Source: Oceanococcus sp.
Lineage (GTDB): Bacteria; Pseudomonadota; Gammaproteobacteria; Nevskiales; Oceanococcaceae
Length of the DNA: 64,000 bases
NCBI GenBank assembly: GCA_041624435.1
Contig: JBFJVB010000002.1
Location: 2,710 to 66,709 of the forward strand
Direction of reading: 5' to 3'
The translations under genes were made by a program, and so were the position numbers. Shown piece after piece: positions 49,095 through 58,866 of the stretch. Numbering within the stretch: the stretch's first letter is position 1; the number at the start of each line of letters is the position of its first letter. Below the pieces are notes generated by a model. The model was not told where the DNA came from. It made no database searches and saw only the letters and a list, made by a program, of their open reading frames with translations.

Positions 49095-50984
49095 ATGCTG
49101 GGGAATAAACAAGCTGTTAGCACTGCGCCTTTGTGGGCGCTTCACACGCTGCTATTGAGTGCAGTCGCCACACCGGTCTGGTCCGGTAACTTTGGCTTGG
49201 GACCGATTGAGGGCGAATGGCAGCTGCAGGGCAGTTATGTCTATTCCGTGCGAACCGAAAAACCCCACCCCGGCGTAGTCGCCACGGGTGGCCGCAAACA
49301 GGTCGAAACACCTGAATATCTGAAGTGGCCCGAGTCAAACAACTTTGATGATGGGGACCGCAACTTCAAACAGTGGGAGGCGGTGAATAATCGCGCCACG
49401 ATGCTCGGCGAAGTGCAATTCAAATGGGGTTACGATTTCGGGGCCCTGATTCGCGGCGATGCGTTCTACGATCTGGTGTATCGCTCCGATCACAATTCCA
49501 ACGACAATGAAGAGAGCATCAGCACCACCCAGGACCCCTTCAACAGCTTTACCGAGGACAACCGCTTTTTCAGCGGCAAACGCGCCCGTCTGCTGGATGC
49601 TTATGCCTACGGCAGCTGGTATCTGCCGGGCAATATGGTTTTGAATCTGCGGGTCGGCGAGCACATCGCCGCCTGGGGCGAAAGCCTGTTCTTCTCGGGG
49701 GTGGCCCTGGCGCAAGCGCCAGCGGACGCCACCAAGGCCACGGTTCCGGGCGCCGATGTCAAGAGCATCCTGTTGCCGGTCAATCAGGTTTCATTTCAAT
49801 TGGCGGCCACGGACAAGCTCACTATTCTCGGCCAGTACAAGCTGGAATTCAAAGAAATTGAATTGAATCCGGTCGGCGAATTTTTCTCCCCCGCCGATGT
49901 GGTCGGGCCCGGTGCCGAATTCATCTACGGAATTCGCAATCCGCTCCATGCCGATAATCTTTCGCAATTCAATTTCAGCAATAACGATTCGATTGAAACC
50001 CTGAATTTGATCGGTCAGCTCTCATTCGGCACCGATCCTGGTGTGCCTCCGATCATTCCGGAAGGATTGCCCGCCACGCAGCTGCCCACCAGCGGTGCAG
50101 CGTTTCCTGGCGCCGGGCGCGGGATCGATGTTTATCGCGAGGATGACATCCGCCCCTCCGATTCGGGCCAATGGGGCTTCGGCCTGCGTTACGCCTTGAA
50201 TTCCATCACCACGGTCGGCGCCTATCATCTGCGTTATCACGCCACCACGCCGGCGCCGGTGCAGAACTATGGCTACGGGGTGCTGGCCGAGAGCCAGGCG
50301 CCGGGACAGCCGGACATCACCACCGAGTACTTCGATCTGCTGGTGCCGGTGACCTACAATATCCGTTACTTCGATGGCGTTCATCTGTCAGCGTTCAGCG
50401 CCTCCACCGTGCTGTTCGGCACCAACTTCGGCATGGAACTGATCTATCGTGACGGCGCCGATGTTCTGGTCGACGTCCATGCGGCCATCCTCGGCGACGT
50501 CCCGACCCCGACGCGGGCCACCACCTGGCAGGCCCTGATTTCCTGGCTCTATGTGCTGGGCCCGGGTCCGTTCTGGGATTCCATCGTCTGGGTTGGCGAA
50601 ACCGCATTTATTCATATCGACAAGATTCAGCCGCAGCCCAATACCGACGGGGAAATGTTTGACACCCTGACGTTTGACCGCGATACCGCTGGAGTGCAGT
50701 TCCTGGCCTATATCGACAACCGCAACGTGCTCTCGGGTTGGGATATGCGGGTTCCGGTGTCGGTTGCCGGCGTGATCACCGGTCACTCGGCCCTGGCTGG
50801 CGGCCTGGGCTCCTTGATGGGCGAATCTGACTACCGCTTCGGCATCGGCGTGGAAATGACCCGTCTGAACAAGCTGACTCTGGGCATGCTGTACAACAGC
50901 TATCTGGGCGGGACGGCGCATTTTTCGGAACGGCCCTATCAGGACCGGGATACGCTGGCACTGACCGTCAAATACAGCTTCTGA
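49095..50984 (+). CDS. DUF1302 family outer-membrane protein
   Basis: DDGDRNF, LLDAY.YG, WGESLF, PGA.VK, DRD...TVKYSF C-terminus; start at 49095. Confidence 0.85.
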   Translation: MLGNKQAVSTAPLWALHTLLLSAVATPVWSGNFGLGPIEGEWQLQGSYVYSVRTEKPHPGVVATGGRKQVETPEYLKWPESNNFDDGDRNFKQWEAVNNRATMLGEVQFKWGYDFGALIRGDAFYDLVYRSDHNSNDNEESISTTQDPFNSFTEDNRFFSGKRARLLDAYAYGSWYLPGNMVLNLRVGEHIAAWGESLFFSGVALAQAPADATKATVPGADVKSILLPVNQVSFQLAATDKLTILGQYKLEFKEIELNPVGEFFSPADVVGPGAEFIYGIRNPLHADNLSQFNFSNNDSIETLNLIGQLSFGTDPGVPPIIPEGLPATQLPTSGAAFPGAGRGIDVYREDDIRPSDSGQWGFGLRYALNSITTVGAYHLRYHATTPAPVQNYGYGVLAESQAPGQPDITTEYFDLLVPVTYNIRYFDGVHLSAFSASTVLFGTNFGMELIYRDGADVLVDVHAAILGDVPTPTRATTWQALISWLYVLGPGPFWDSIVWVGETAFIHIDKIQPQPNTDGEMFDTLTFDRDTAGVQFLAYIDNRNVLSGWDMRVPVSVAGVITGHSALAGGLGSLMGESDYRFGIGVEMTRLNKLTLGMLYNSYLGGTAHFSERPYQDRDTLALTVKYSF

Positions 50985-51031
50985 TCCAGACGGACGAAGG
51001 GCGGCGCCGCTGATATCGGTACAGTAAACCG

Positions 51032-52033
51032 ATGAGTAGCACAGCCCTTGATTCGACCGAATTCCGCCACGCCCTTGGCAGCTTCGCCACCGGCGTCACG
51101 ATCATCACCACGCGCACTGCGGACGGTGAGCCTCTAGGCCTCACCGTCAACAGTTTCAACTCGGTGTCTTTGAATCCACCTATGGTCTTGTGGAGCCTGG
51201 CCGAGACCTACAAAGGCTATGATGCCTTCAAGCGGGCCACCCATTGGGCGGTCCATGTCCTGGCCGCAGATCAGGAGCCTTTGTCCAACCGCTTCGCCAG
51301 CCGGGGCGAGGACAAGTTTGCCGGCCTGGACCTGGAATACGGCATCAATGGCACGCCCTTATTGCCAGGCTGCGCCGCCCGATTCGAATGTGAAACGGCG
51401 TTTCAGTATGAAGGTGGCGACCATCTGATTTTCGTTGGCGAGGTCAAATCCTTCGCCAAGGCCGACACCTCGCCACTGGTCTTCCACGGCGGCCGTTACG
51501 CCCATGCCACCCATCGGCAACCCGGCGAAGCCGAACCGCGCCACCCCTACCTCGCGGGCAGTTTTGACGAGAATTTCCTGGGCTATCTGCTGGGCCGCAG
51601 CCACTACCGGTTCTACAATCAGGTGCGTCCGCACCTGGAAGCCGCGCGTCTGAGTGACGAGGAATTCTATCTGCTTTCCACCTTGACCCTGAAGCAGACC
51701 ATGACCGCGGTCGAGTTGGACACTGCCATGGCGGGCATCCTCAATACCAGCAGTGCCTCGGCCATCCAGTCCTTGATCAGCCGCGGACTGGCTCATCCGG
51801 AGCACATCGATGCCGACGACGAAGACGCCCCGCCGATCCTGGCATTTCAGTTGACCGACGACGGTCGCAAGCTGGCCCTACGGCTGATTTCCGCCGGCAA
51901 GGTGGTCGAATCCCAGGTCAATGAAAGACTGGGCTATGCGGATTCAAGCGTGCTGAAATCGCTGCTGATCCGTTTGCTGGACGCCATCGATCCGGACGCC
52001 AAAACCTTGTGGGAAGACCCGCCCAAACCCTAG
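51032..52033 (+). CDS. Flavin reductase with C-terminal MarR-like domain (C1-type reductase component)
   Basis: FR.ALG.FATGVT, NSFNSVSL.PP, GGDH.IFVG, followed by a helical wHTH-like tail. Confidence 0.85.
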   Translation: MSSTALDSTEFRHALGSFATGVTIITTRTADGEPLGLTVNSFNSVSLNPPMVLWSLAETYKGYDAFKRATHWAVHVLAADQEPLSNRFASRGEDKFAGLDLEYGINGTPLLPGCAARFECETAFQYEGGDHLIFVGEVKSFAKADTSPLVFHGGRYAHATHRQPGEAEPRHPYLAGSFDENFLGYLLGRSHYRFYNQVRPHLEAARLSDEEFYLLSTLTLKQTMTAVELDTAMAGILNTSSASAIQSLISRGLAHPEHIDADDEDAPPILAFQLTDDGRKLALRLISAGKVVESQVNERLGYADSSVLKSLLIRLLDAIDPDAKTLWEDPPKP

Positions 52034-52171
52034 CCTGACCGAGCAGGGCGCGCCTGTCGCCCTCGCCCGCATCCGTCCTGGAACCACTAAGCTGAGAGCC
52101 GGCGCAACCCCCGAGTCATCTTCGGGGGCTACGACTGTTTCCGTGGAATGCGCCCGGCTGCGGGCTTTGGC

Positions 52172-53653
52172 TCAATTGCGCGAAAACACCGTTTTCAGCT
52201 TGATCACGCCGTTGATGCCCTTGATCACTGCGTCTGGCACGTTCAGGGTCTTGCTCAGCATGTCGCCAATCATCTTCTTGTACTTGTCACCGTACGGGGG
52301 AAACATCAGATCCGGATCCATCAGTACCGGGCCCTCTTCCACTACGGCTCGCGCATTGGAGGTTTCAAGAAAGCTGTAATGCCCGCCGACCCGACCGATT
52401 CCGCTGTCATTCACGCCGCCAAACGGCAGATTCGGATTGGTCCCGGACTGGATCACATTGTGATTGATGACCGTGCTGCCCGAGGTCGTGTGGTGCAGGA
52501 AATAATCAATCACTGCGCGGTCCTTGGCAAAGATATACGACGCCAACGGCTTGGGCTTGGCCTCGATGTAGCGTACCGCCTGCGCCCGATCGGTGTAGGG
52601 GATCACCACCAGAACCGGACCAAAGACCTCTTCCTGGTCGATCTGCATGGCTTCGCTTACGTCGGTCAGGATCGTCGGGGCGATATACCGGTCCGCCTGG
52701 TCCGACTCACCGCCGAACACCAACCTCGCCCCCTTGGCCTTGGCGTCCTCAATCAGCCCCACGATCCGTTGATGATGACGCTGGTTGATGATGCGGGGAT
52801 ATTCTTCGGATTGAGCAAACCCGCGGCCATCCGCGTTGTACATCGCGGTGATGGCCGTTTGCAGCTCCACCATGAACTCCTCGGCTACCTCGGCATGGGC
52901 CAGCACATACTCCGGCGCGATACAGATCTGTCCGCCATTGGACAGGCGCCCCCAGGCAATCTTGCGGGCCGCATCCTTAAGATCCGCACTCTTGTCCAGA
53001 ATAACCGGATTCTTCCCGCCCATTTCCAGCGTGACGGAAGCGAAATGATCCGCGGCCGCCTTCATCACCAGGCGTCCGACCGCATGGCCACCGATGTAGA
53101 AAATATGATTGACCCGCTCGGACAGCAGTGCCTGGGCCTCGGCAGCCGCCCCTTCCACAACCGCAACGGTGTCTTCGACCGCCGCGGCGGCAACGATCTC
53201 GGCCACCAGCCTGGACGACTGCGGTGCCAGCTCAGACGGCTTGATCACCACGGCATTCCCGGCCGCGATCGCACCGAACGCCGGAACCAGGGCAATCGCA
53301 TACGGCGCATTCCAGGTGCCCAGAATCAGCACGATGCCCTTGGGCTCATATTGCAGATAGCTTTTCTTGCCCAGGGTCATCAGTGAGCCCTTGATCGGGC
53401 TCGGCTTCATCCAGGCCTTGAGATGCTTGATGATGAATTCGGCCTCGGTCTTGACCATCATCAACTGCGCGTCGATATCCGTATCGCACAGGCCCAACTC
53501 GTCGCGAACTGCCGCGCGAATCTGCTCCTTGCGCTCCATGGTGGCTTTGAGCAGACGTTCGATCTTGGCCACCCGGGAAGCCGCATCGGATGCGCGCAAG
53601 GCAGGGCCATTGTTTTTCAGCTGCTGGATCAGCTGTGGAATATCGGTACTCAT
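52172..53653 (-). CDS. Aldehyde dehydrogenase (fatty/aromatic aldehyde type)
   Basis: WNAP, KPSE, LEMGGKNP, GQICIAP, EEVFGP, PFGGV. Confidence 0.93.
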   Translation of the reverse strand: MSTDIPQLIQQLKNNGPALRASDAASRVAKIERLLKATMERKEQIRAAVRDELGLCDTDIDAQLMMVKTEAEFIIKHLKAWMKPSPIKGSLMTLGKKSYLQYEPKGIVLILGTWNAPYAIALVPAFGAIAAGNAVVIKPSELAPQSSRLVAEIVAAAAVEDTVAVVEGAAAEAQALLSERVNHIFYIGGHAVGRLVMKAAADHFASVTLEMGGKNPVILDKSADLKDAARKIAWGRLSNGGQICIAPEYVLAHAEVAEEFMVELQTAITAMYNADGRGFAQSEEYPRIINQRHHQRIVGLIEDAKAKGARLVFGGESDQADRYIAPTILTDVSEAMQIDQEEVFGPVLVVIPYTDRAQAVRYIEAKPKPLASYIFAKDRAVIDYFLHHTTSGSTVINHNVIQSGTNPNLPFGGVNDSGIGRVGGHYSFLETSNARAVVEEGPVLMDPDLMFPPYGDKYKKMIGDMLSKTLNVPDAVIKGINGVIKLKTVFSRN

Positions 53654-54516
53654 GCGGATTTCGCCTTGGGAATCTTGTAACTCTTGCGGATGATCGTTTC
53701 GAAAGCCCCGCTCGGCAGCCATTGGGCCAATGGACCCAAAGGTTTGGCGTCCTTGCCCACGAGATAAAAGGGCTTGAGCTTCTTTTTGGCGAGCAGAGCC
53801 AGCACCTGGTCGGTCACGTAATCCGCGGTGTTGCCGAACTTTTCGATCATCTTCGGCAACTCATCACACAGGCCCGCGCGTAGCGGCGCATAGGCCTGCT
53901 GCACCGCTTCCGACTGCGCAGCCCAGACCTTGGAGGTCACTTCGTCGGCATTGGCGGTCATCGCCGTCTTGACCGCACCCGGCCAGATCGAGGTGACCTG
54001 GATGCCGAATGGGGCCAGTTCCAGACGCAAGGTCATGGTCAGTCCATGCACCGCATGCTTGCTCATGTTATACGCACCCGCACCAGGCGGATTGGCCACC
54101 ACCGCACCGGAACCAAAATTGAAAATTTTCGCCGGCGCTCCGGTCTTGCGCAGCAAAGGCAAGAAACATTGACAGCTTGCCGCCTGGCCAAAGGTGTTGA
54201 TCGCAAACAAGGTCTGCAGCTTCTCCAGTTCCAGGCCTTCAATTGTGCCGGTGGCAACATTGGCCACGCCGGCCACATTCATCAGCAGGTCAAGCCCCTC
54301 GTCGCCCAGCGCCTCGGCCACCTGCAGAGCACTGCTCCGGACCGAGTCATAGCTGGCCACGTCCTGTTCGATCACGCTGATACCGGGCTGATCCCGCAGA
54401 TCCGTTGCGGCGCCAGGCAGCACCCCGGCAAAGACCCGCCAGCCCTGAGCCGCCAGCTTTTTGGCAAGCATATTGCCCTGACCGACTGCGGCCCCGGTGA
54501 TAAACGCGTTAGGCAT
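53650..54516 (-). CDS. SDR oxidoreductase
   Basis: TGAAVGQG, NVAG, YNMSK; start trimmed to 54516 because a terminator lies in the longer ORF; overlaps the ALDH start. Confidence 0.85.
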   Translation of the reverse strand: MPNAFITGAAVGQGNMLAKKLAAQGWRVFAGVLPGAATDLRDQPGISVIEQDVASYDSVRSSALQVAEALGDEGLDLLMNVAGVANVATGTIEGLELEKLQTLFAINTFGQAASCQCFLPLLRKTGAPAKIFNFGSGAVVANPPGAGAYNMSKHAVHGLTMTLRLELAPFGIQVTSIWPGAVKTAMTANADEVTSKVWAAQSEAVQQAYAPLRAGLCDELPKMIEKFGNTADYVTDQVLALLAKKKLKPFYLVGKDAKPLGPLAQWLPSGAFETIIRKSYKIPKAKSA

Positions 54517-54557
54517 GAAACTACTCCAAACCGTCCGGCCGAGCCGGACTTCGGTGG

Positions 54558-54592
54558 AAAAAAAACGGCGCATGAAGTTCATCATGCGCCGT
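54558..54592 (-). terminator. Rho-independent terminator after the DUF1329 gene
   Basis: Minus strand ACGGCGCATGA-tgaact-TCATGCGCCGT followed by a T run. Confidence 0.85.
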
Positions 54593-54608
54593 CATGATTT
54601 TGCTCAGA

Positions 54609-55979
54609 CTAGTGGCCGCCGCGAGCCGCCGCCTCCGGACTGAACATGGCTGGGCGCAAGGGTGTATTCAGGCGCCACCAGTGGTCACTCTCATTGGTCA
54701 GATAGGTGGCTTCGTAATTCCCCGAGGTCAGATCGTGATAGATCGAAGCGCCGCGGTGAAAAGTGCCGGACTCCTGGGAATAGAAGAAGGCCGCCATATT
54801 GGCCCGCCAGAGTTCGCCACGGCCGTCATAATTGTCAGCCCAGATGGTCAGCCAGGTGTCTTCGTCAGCGTAGAGCCGGCGCTTCTTGTAGATATGTCGC
54901 ACGCCGTCTTTCAGGTTGCCTTCGATCACCCAGACCCGATGCAGTTCATAGCGCATATGATCGGGGTTCACCGTGCTGGGCTTGATGATGTCGTCGTACT
55001 TCAACTCCGGGCTATTGAACTCGAAGTTGTGATACGGCACATAGAATTCTTTCTTGCCGATCAAGGTCCAGTTGTATCGCTCCGGTGAACCGTTGAACAG
55101 ATAATCATCGTCGACGGTGCGCAGACCGGAAGGCGGCACCGGATAATCGAAACCAACCTCAGGTGCCTTGCGCACGCGGCGAATCCCGGGCAGGTACTGC
55201 CAGGATTGCGTGGCGTCCGATTTGTAATTGTTCGGCTGGTAGCCAACCGCGACAAAACCCTTTTCCCGATCGGGCAGCAGGAAGCCCTGATAGAAGAACG
55301 CGCTGATATGATCGGTATAGGAGCCGCGTTCATTCGGTTTGGGGTTATTGCCCGGATTCATGGTCATGAAACGCGCCCGTCCCCAGGCGATGGTGCCGTT
55401 CGCATAGACATCAGCGATATCCATCACGGTTTTTTCGGTCCAGGCGCGGTGCGGGACGATCGCGTTATAGACCGCTTCCAGGCCATTTTTCGGAAACGGA
55501 AAGGGGTGGGCTCCGGAAATGCCGGTGATGCCCAGGCCATCGTCGATGATTTCCGAATTGGCGGCGTTTTTCTTTACCACGTCGCAGACCCAGTCCACGA
55601 AACGGAAATCCCGATGGCTGGGGTAGATGTGCATCTTGTAGGCATCCGGGTATTTCTGCATCAGGGCTTTCTGCCCCGGCGTCATTCGCTCCGCATACTC
55701 GGACATGTTTTGCGCGCTGATCGTGAACAGCGGCTTTTCGTCCTTATAAGGTCCGGGCTCCCAGCCATGTGGTTTGGTCTGCCCTGGCCAGGTCTTGAAC
55801 CACTTGCCGGTCCATTCCGCAACCCCGCTTTCGGTGCCCGCGCGTTCCGCCCCCATACAGGTCAACTCATCCCCCCCGAGTTTGGCGATTTCTTCCGCGG
55901 TCGCCTTAGCTGCAGCCTGGGCGGAAATCGCCATGGCCAGCGCGATGCCACCCAGCTTCACCAACGACTTTACTCTCAT
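54609..55979 (-). CDS. DUF1329 family periplasmic protein
   Basis: Signal peptide, LT..GAERAG, W.Y.PG.RRVR.AP, RYELHRVWV.E, Y.DED.W. Confidence 0.9.
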   Translation of the reverse strand: MRVKSLVKLGGIALAMAISAQAAAKATAEEIAKLGGDELTCMGAERAGTESGVAEWTGKWFKTWPGQTKPHGWEPGPYKDEKPLFTISAQNMSEYAERMTPGQKALMQKYPDAYKMHIYPSHRDFRFVDWVCDVVKKNAANSEIIDDGLGITGISGAHPFPFPKNGLEAVYNAIVPHRAWTEKTVMDIADVYANGTIAWGRARFMTMNPGNNPKPNERGSYTDHISAFFYQGFLLPDREKGFVAVGYQPNNYKSDATQSWQYLPGIRRVRKAPEVGFDYPVPPSGLRTVDDDYLFNGSPERYNWTLIGKKEFYVPYHNFEFNSPELKYDDIIKPSTVNPDHMRYELHRVWVIEGNLKDGVRHIYKKRRLYADEDTWLTIWADNYDGRGELWRANMAAFFYSQESGTFHRGASIYHDLTSGNYEATYLTNESDHWWRLNTPLRPAMFSPEAAARGGH

Positions 55980-56019
55980 TAAATCTCTCCTCAGCACGCT
56001 CATTATTATCGACCAACGC

Positions 56020-56502
56020 CTAACGATAGTCGTCCAGGAAGGAGATTGCGACCTCCAGTTCCTTTTCCGCCTTTTCGTCCATGTCTGCGGCGATGAATTT
56101 CTCCAGCACCCCGGCCCCCATTGGGAGTTTGGCCTTGATGTCCCAGTCGTAAACTATTTCGCAACTTTCTTCGTTACTTTCGAATCGTGCGGTGCATTCC
56201 AGGGCCAATGGCACGCCCTGCGTCGTCACTTCGACCCAACCGGTTTGATTCACCAGATCCCAGTTTTCATTGTTCACCACGACCGTGGTTTTCGGCAGTA
56301 TCCTGGCCGCGATGCCGGAGACCTGCATGGGAATGAACCGTCTGGCCTTCAGACGGGTACTGGCCGGCGACTGCGCAAAGTCCAGAATCTCGAACTCGAT
56401 TCCCAGCGCGGTCAGTTTGTTTCGCTGATAGCCCAGATCGCTGAACATCTTCAACACCACGCCCGCTGGGGCGGGATAACTCGCCCGCTGTTGATGCTTC
56501 AT
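56020..56502 (-). CDS. DUF2505-like (START/SRPBCC-fold) protein
   Basis: 160 aa, YPAP N-terminus, IKAKLPMGAG.LEKFI C-terminal helix. Confidence 0.65.
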   Translation of the reverse strand: MKHQQRASYPAPAGVVLKMFSDLGYQRNKLTALGIEFEILDFAQSPASTRLKARRFIPMQVSGIAARILPKTTVVVNNENWDLVNQTGWVEVTTQGVPLALECTARFESNEESCEIVYDWDIKAKLPMGAGVLEKFIAADMDEKAEKELEVAISFLDDYR

Positions 56503-56539
56503 TCCCCCACCCTCAGAACTCGCTCACGCTTTAGCTTAA

Positions 56540-56704
56540 CTAGTCTTCGTACAGTTCAAAAGAATCTTTGGGTGAACCGCACTCCGGACACTCCCAATCC
56601 TCCGGCAGATCCTCAAACCGCGTGCCGGGTGCAATATCATCGTCGGGCAATCCCAGCGCTTCGTCATAAACAAAACCGCAAATGACGCAGACCCATTTCT
56701 TCAT
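56540..56704 (-). CDS. Rubredoxin
   Basis: [11 protein letters not shown]...PGT.FEDLP.DW.CPECG. Confidence 0.95.
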   Translation of the reverse strand: MKKWVCVICGFVYDEALGLPDDDIAPGTRFEDLPEDWECPECGSPKDSFELYED

Positions 56705-56853
56705 TGCTTTACTCTGTACGAACAATTCTCAAAGCGCGTCGCAATCCCAGGCGCCGAGCCAGCTAAGCGGCACGGTCAAACCTCGACCTGCCAGCCGTAA
56801 ACGTTCAATGTCACAAATTCAGGCCGCTGACGAATCGTCCACTTGGGTGAGCC

Positions 56854-58305
56854 TCAAGGGCCACTGGACTCCTGCCAAATGGGTTTTCCCGAGCTCAGGC
56901 TCAAGCGACAGCCGACCTCGGCCAGATTCCGCCGGGCCAGTTCCCAGCTGCGGTCGAGCAAGACCAGATCAGCCTTCTGGCCACACTGCAGTCGCCTGCG
57001 GGGACGACCGGGCTGCAGCAGATCGCCGGTATACAGGAACAAGGCGTCCTCCGGCGTCAGCGCTTCGGCCTTGCCCAGGCAAGCGCCGTCGCGTGTGAGG
57101 CGTGACACTGCCGCCGCCATGCCCAGCCAGGGATTGAGCGAACCATAGGGGGCGTCGGAACTTCCGGCCAGCCCCACCCCGGCATCACGCAAGCCGCGCA
57201 GCCGATACAACCACGGGCGATCGTCCGCGCAGACATCACGCCGATAGCGATCACCCCGTTCGGCTATGAAAACCGGCTGGGTGACGACGCTCAAGCCCAG
57301 CTCAAGCAAACTGCCCAGCAGCTCGTCCGGGCACACCCCGGCATGCTCGATTCGATCTCCCGCCTGGCTGCCACAGTCACGCAGCAGGGCCAGCGCATAC
57401 ACCAGTTCGGTCCGGCTCACACAATGAAACGCGACGGGGCGGCCGTGCGCGTGGCTGCGCCGGATCGCATCCGCGCAGCAGCCGAAATCCGGCAACGCGG
57501 ATTCCAGCAGGTGGAATTTATGCGCCCCGATGCGCAAGCCATCGGGCCAAGCCGGCTCTTTCTGTTGAGAAAAGGCCTGGTCCAGGCTGGCATTGCCCAT
57601 CATCAGAACCTGCTGAAGCAAAGCACCGCTGCGCACTTGCGCGCGCAGCCCGGACAGCGCCGCGGCATCATTGGCAGGGCTGGTATCGGTTAGACCAACC
57701 ACGCCAAAGCTGGCCAGCCGACGCGACACCTCGGCCAGGTCCGGCGGCGTGGCCGACAGCCTGGATCGCAGCCAGGCATCGGCCTCGTAGAGACGCCCGG
57801 TGGGCTGTCCCTTGAGTCGCTCCCAGGGCCCCTCGCCCAGCAGGGCCATCGCCCGCGAATTCAGGCACCACAGCCGTCCTCCGGCGTGCTGGATCCGCAC
57901 CGGAACATCCCCACGCCACTCGTCCAGCAAGGCGCAATCCAGTTCTCCGGCGATGCTGGGATGATAATCGACGCCCCGGATCCAGCCCGTGGCGTCCGGC
58001 GTGCGTTGCCTCAGCGCGGACTGAAGCTCAGCTCGCGTGTTGACCTGCGGCGGGCCGCAGCGCAGCGATCGGGCTGCGGCCGCACTGGCGAACAGGTGCA
58101 GGTGATGGTCCCGCAACCCCGGGATCAGGGCGTGACCGTGTGCCTCGATCCGACTGGCCCCCGGCGCCGTCAGATCTGGCTCCAGAGCCTTGATGTGGCC
58201 ATCTGCGATCAGTACATCCGTGGACGTTCCGTCCAGCAAGGTCGCGTTCCGGATCAGCAATGGGGAGGCGCTCGAATGGGCCTGATCAGCGGCGGTCTGT
58301 TTCAC
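56854..58305 (-). CDS. Amidohydrolase family protein
   Basis: PGLRDHHLH, AFHCV, RIEH, SSDAP, ADLVLLD; start uncertain (GTG 58305). Confidence 0.83.
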   Translation of the reverse strand: MKQTAADQAHSSASPLLIRNATLLDGTSTDVLIADGHIKALEPDLTAPGASRIEAHGHALIPGLRDHHLHLFASAAAARSLRCGPPQVNTRAELQSALRQRTPDATGWIRGVDYHPSIAGELDCALLDEWRGDVPVRIQHAGGRLWCLNSRAMALLGEGPWERLKGQPTGRLYEADAWLRSRLSATPPDLAEVSRRLASFGVVGLTDTSPANDAAALSGLRAQVRSGALLQQVLMMGNASLDQAFSQQKEPAWPDGLRIGAHKFHLLESALPDFGCCADAIRRSHAHGRPVAFHCVSRTELVYALALLRDCGSQAGDRIEHAGVCPDELLGSLLELGLSVVTQPVFIAERGDRYRRDVCADDRPWLYRLRGLRDAGVGLAGSSDAPYGSLNPWLGMAAAVSRLTRDGACLGKAEALTPEDALFLYTGDLLQPGRPRRRLQCGQKADLVLLDRSWELARRNLAEVGCRLSLSSGKPIWQESSGP

Positions 58306-58385
58306 CCCGGGGAGTGTAAGGGATGACCGTCCGCAACGCCGCTGTTCGATGCCATAATCGAAGTTTTTTGCAAAGAGAATGCGGC

Positions 58386-58865
58386 ATGTCTTCCAGCTCC
58401 ATCGCAGAGATTCGCCGGCTCGATCAGGGCCTGTGTGAAATTCACGTCCAGCAGCGCTACGCCGCACCGCGCGACAAGGTCTTCGCATTCTTCGCAGTGC
58501 ACGAAAATCTGATGCTGGTGTTCAATAATCAGATTCGACGCATTCAGGACGCGCCTGCCGGCGACAATCCCAATGGTCTGGGTTCGGTTCGCAGTATCAC
58601 GATGGGACCGGGCTTGAGCTTCGAAGAACGCATCGAAACCTTCGTCGACAATGAACTGATCGAATACCGCGTCACAAAAGGATCGCCGGTCAAGAACCAT
58701 TTGGGACAAATGCGCTTTGCGGATGATCCCCAGGGTACGGTTTTCGACTACCGCATCCGCCTCCAGGGACGCATTCCGGGCACCACCTGCCTGATCGCGT
58801 TCATCATGCGCCGCGCGCTGAGCCAGGGCCTGTCCCGGGTTCAGGCCCAGATCGAAGCCGCTTAA
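58386..58865 (+). CDS. SRPBCC family protein
   Basis: AP.DKVF, G.GSVR, EERI, IEYRV..GSP.K.H.G. Confidence 0.8.
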   Translation: MSSSSIAEIRRLDQGLCEIHVQQRYAAPRDKVFAFFAVHENLMLVFNNQIRRIQDAPAGDNPNGLGSVRSITMGPGLSFEERIETFVDNELIEYRVTKGSPVKNHLGQMRFADDPQGTVFDYRIRLQGRIPGTTCLIAFIMRRALSQGLSRVQAQIEAA

Positions 58866-58866
58866 C

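Noticed and set aside
52034-52171. GC-rich hairpins between the flavin reductase and ALDH genes as an sRNA or REP element
   Set aside because: Explained by termination between convergent genes; no second copy noticed in the window
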